Positions 60,376 through 64,000 of a stretch of 64,000 nt of DNA are shown one piece after another (the first letter of the stretch is position 1; each line of letters starts with the position of its first letter). The DNA comes from Octopus sinensis (taxonomy: Eukaryota): NCBI RefSeq assembly GCF_006345805.1, contig NC_043002.1:116188001-116252000 (forward strand), in the 5' to 3' direction. The notes below the pieces were generated by a model. It worked only from the letters and a program-made list of their open reading frames with translations, was not told where the DNA came from and ran no database searches. A program made the translations under genes and the position numbers.

Positions 60376-60948
60376 TTATTTTATTTATGCGCCCTTTTCA
60401 AGCCTAGCCAGGTTCATGAGCCCAATTTCCCTGTTTCTGTGGCGTATGTGTTCCCCCCAGCTGGACGAGACGCCAGTCCATCGCAGCGTTACTCAAGAAA
60501 CAGGAAGAAAGAGTGAGAAAAAGTTGGGGTTAAAGAGTACAACAGGGGTCACCACCACCCTCTGCCGGAGCCTCGTTGAGCTTTAGGCGTTTTCGCTCAA
60601 TAAACACACACAACGCCCGATCTGGGAATCGAAACCGCGATCCTCCGACCGCGAGTTCGCTGCCCTAACCACTGGACCATTGCGCCTCCACAAAAATAAA
60701 TATGCCCTTTTAAAGCTTAGCCAGGCTCATGGGCCCGGTCTCCCGGTTTCAATGGCGTATGTGTTTCGCAGCTGGACAGGACACCACTCCATCGCAGCGT
60801 TACTCATTTTTGCCACCTGAGTGGACTGGAGCAACGTGAAATGAAATGTTTTGCTCAAGAACACAACGCGTCGCCCGGTCCAGGAATCGAAACCACAATC
60901 TTACGATCATGATACTGACACCCTAACCACTAAACCACGCGTCTCCAC
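60376..60948 (-). mobile_element. Dimeric tRNA-SINE insertion inside one 12-bp TSD
   Basis: TSD ATAGTAAACTTA at 60364-60375 and 60949-60960; two tRNA heads (ending 60948 and ~60691), each followed by a GCGATGGA.TGG.GTC..GTCCAGC tail domain. Confidence 0.85.
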
Positions 60949-61318
60949 ATAGTAAACTTAAGAAATCCTGTATTCCATTCTCTCATTATAATTATTATTG
61001 TTATTCATTTATTTATCTATTTTGTCACATAGTTTGGCTTACTCCATGCTGTATTTTCTAGCCATAGTTAAAGTTAAGAACGCAAATATTCACTTATGTT
61101 TCACTCTATAGCGCTCATTATAATTATTATTGTTATTCATTTAGCTAACTGTTTAGCAGCATGTTGTAGCTAAGTGAAGAAATACAGTTGTTCAGTTCTG
61201 TTTACTCTTGCTCTAAATCTCGAAAATTCCATCTCTTCCTTTGTTTTATTATGTTACCTGCTCTCTTATCCAAATGTTCCATTGTTTTTTCGACTAGCCC
61301 CAATTCTCGAAAATTTCA

Positions 61319-61356
<38 letters not shown>

Positions 61357-61947
61357 ACACACTCACTCTCTCTCTCTCTGTTTTGCTAACCATTTGCTTT
61401 CTGATGTTGATTGTTTAATTAGTGGCTTGCTTTGTCTGTAGCTATGCCTCATCGGTTGTAGCTAGATAATAGGGCAGCCATAGGGTTTTGCTGTTCGCAG
61501 TGCACCTTTCCATACCCCACCCGCCATCTCTACCGGAAGTCTTTCTCTAACCTCTACCGAATGTCTTTCTCCTGAGCACCTTTGACGGTTAACTATACGG
61601 AATGCTTCCCCTCTTCCCCATCCATCCCTATCTAATGTCTATCTCCCGTTGAACGTAATGACTACGAAGCGAATATATTGATGGTCAAGTGTATGCAGGT
61701 TGAAGCCTATTTGTATATTTACCAGGTCTGCCAAACACACACGTGAGCTTTCTTTTCAGGTGCATAATGCTGCTGTCCCCCATCCCCAGGGTCTCGCTGG
61801 CACACACCTTCCACACCCTCAGAGTTGGCACATTGAAAGGTAGGTCTGGTGAGATTGTTGAGATGCTTGAAAGGAGACGTGTAGATTTGTGCTGCATCCA
61901 AGAAGGTGAAAAGGAAGTTCTGCTAGGTTCTTCACAAGCAAAAAGGA

Positions 61948-62170
61948 CAGTAATCACTTGCCATATCGCGATTCACCTATCGCGGTTTATTATTTAAGCT
62001 TACATTGATTCCTCCGTGGTGTTGTTTTGCATTTATTATAAAATAAATATATATAAATTATAAAAATAATAAAAAATGTACAGTACTGTTTCTACTTCGC
62101 GGATTTTCACTTAACGCGGGAGGAGGAAGAGGTTTGGAACGATACACCCGCGTTAGTCGAGGGATTACTG
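61948..62170. mobile_element. Tigger/pogo-like MITE inserted in the RTE
   Basis: TIRs CAGTAATCACT / AGGGATTACTG with TA on the right flank; the RTE reading continues on either side. Confidence 0.7.
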
Positions 62171-62961
62171 TATAAAATTTTCTGGGTATGGAACTCCGAT
62201 GGCGTTGGGGGCATGGGTATACTCCTTGCCGAAGAACGGGTTGATAAGATAATCGAGGTAGTCCGTCTGTGATAGAATACTTAAGCTTAGACTAGTGCTG
62301 CAACATGGATTAGCAACCATTATCTCGGCCTATGCCATTCAGCTAGGGCTACCTCGAACAGAAAGACCGATTTTATGACACCCTCTTGCAGACGAATGAC
62401 AGGGACCCTCTCTTTGTAGCTGGCGACTTCAATGGGAATGCTGGACAACGTACAGGGAGCTTCCATGGTGTGCATGCTGGCAACGGATTTGACGAGAAAG
62501 AGGAGGTTATAGCATCACGTAATGTGGAGGACAACTGGAGGTTCCTACGGGACAACCTGTTGAGGGCTACTGACCAGATCTGTGGTGGTGCAAAGTCCCC
62601 TCTCAACCTAAGGTGACATGGTGGTGGAACAGTGTAGTTGAAAAGAAACAGGCATGGAAGGACTGGAAGTGTGGTGGTAGCAGAGAACTGCATAAGATCG
62701 CCAGAAGGGAAGCTAGGAGACATGTTTACTTTGTCAGAGAGGAAACAGATAAGAAGAAATTTGCCAATGTTCTGCGTCGTGAGGACCAGAGACTTGAAGT
62801 GTTTCGAATTGCATGACAAGTGTGTGAGAGAAAATCACGATGTCATAGGAGAGAAATGTGTCTACATGGATGTCGCATAACTGACCCGTTTAAAAGCACC
62901 CTTCAATCGTTGGGTAATATGCCGTGCTTGCGAAGACTTGTTGAACCGAGTGAAATCGTAG

Positions 62962-63275
62962 TCGTGGCCAATGCCTGTGCTACCTGACTGGCACCCTTGC
63001 CGGTGGCACGTAAAAAGGACCATTCGAGCGTGGTCAATGACAGTGCCGCCTGACTGGCACCCGTGCCGGTGGCACGTAAAAAGCACCATTCAAGCGTGGC
63101 CGATGCCAGTGCTGCTTGACTGGCACCCGTGCCGATGGCACGCAAGAAGCATATTCGAGCGTGGTCGATGACACCCATCTGACCCGTGCTGTGACATGTA
63201 AAAAGCACCATTGAGCGTGACCAATGTTCAGTACCGTCTGACTGGCACTCATGCCAGTGGTATGTAAAAGCACCC
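62962..63275 (+). repeat. Five ~66-bp tandem repeats in the RTE 3' UTR
   Basis: Unit core CGTGCCGGTGGCACGTAAAAAGCACC at 62996, 63062, 63128, 63185 and 63250. Confidence 0.9.
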
Positions 63276-64000
63276 ACTACACTCTCGGAGTAGTTGGCGT
63301 TACGAAGGGCATCCAGCTGTAGAAACCTTGCTAAATCAGATTGGAGCCTGGTACAGCCTCCCGGCTTTCTAGTTCTCAGTCAAACCGTCCACCCCATGCC
63401 AGTATAGTGGCTCGCCAAAATGCCAGAAGAACGGAGAAAAAAGGCTTTGGGTGTATTAAGAGAAATTCCTAAGGAATCCCCAGCTCCAAAAAGAACACAA
63501 TGTTTTGAATATACAAAGTACTGGAACAGCATTTAAAATACACATACTTAAGTGGAATAAAATGCATTTTCACAGGTTTTTCATCTGAAGAATAAACTTC
63601 TAGGTATATCAAAATTTGTTAACTACTTATGAAAACAATTAAACAAATAATTTTGTGCAGATGTAAAAAAAACAATGTTAATCAATAGTTAATGTTGTTT
63701 CAAATTTTCAGAAGTACTGAAAACAACGACCTAGGATTTCTGTTTTATTCTGGTTTCATCAGCAAATAATAGTTTTTCTCCCCGATTAAGCATTTTAAGT
63801 TGTTTAATTCTCTCTGAATTATCTAGGTTAACACTGATTTAACAATTGTTTTTCATAGATGACGCTGCTGCATCATTTACCACCACTGATGCAAGTATAG
63901 CAAAAATAATAGTTTGCTGATGAGGTTAGAATAATACTGAAACGTGTCTGGAATTTCCTCTCGTACGTGTAGGTGTTAATTATTTCCAGTTAACTTTAAA

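Larger units (their letters stand above)
61460..63405 (+). mobile_element. RTE LINE, internally deleted: APE endonuclease remnant and 3' UTR with tandem repeats
   Basis: LRVGTLKGRSGEIVEMLERRRVDLCCIQE, GMGILLAE, IISAYA, VAGDFNG, TWWWN..V; 3' end GGCGTTACGAAGGGCATCCAGCTGTAGAAACC. The 5' boundary is approximate. Confidence 0.85.

Noticed and set aside
62962-63275. CRISPR-like appearance of regularly spaced repeats
   Set aside because: The intervening sequences are homologous to each other rather than unique spacers; eukaryotic retroelement context and no cas genes.
63840-63930. Possible second Kv3 exon after TTTTTCATAG
   Set aside because: All three frames stop quickly and none encodes an S1-like hydrophobic helix.

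Overview
AT-rich, repeat-saturated animal DNA. The repeat families and microsatellite content strongly suggest an octopus/cephalopod, but that is inference. The only host coding sequence I can support is the first coding exon of a Shaw/Kv3 voltage-gated K+ channel (47304-47864, +; T1 domain, GT donor at 47865). The rest is microsatellite (including a ~5.85 kb (CATA)n array and long (TAA)n tracts) and decayed mobile DNA. That includes Dong/R4-like RLE retrotransposons stacked in (TAA)n, a related RLE family ending in (CATA)n, HERO-, CR1-, RTE- and Penelope-like fragments, hAT and mariner fossils, MITEs, Helitrons and tRNA-derived SINEs. The most unusual structure is a near full-length but decayed Tx1/L1-clade LINE (34596-39948). 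It is bracketed by ~155-bp direct terminal repeats and carries a minimal type I hammerhead-ribozyme fold in its 3' UTR. The 5' repeat begins at or near the sequence that follows the predicted cleavage site, an architecture typical of Penelope elements and retrozymes rather than of L1/Tx1. All calls were made by eye, without alignment or folding tools.
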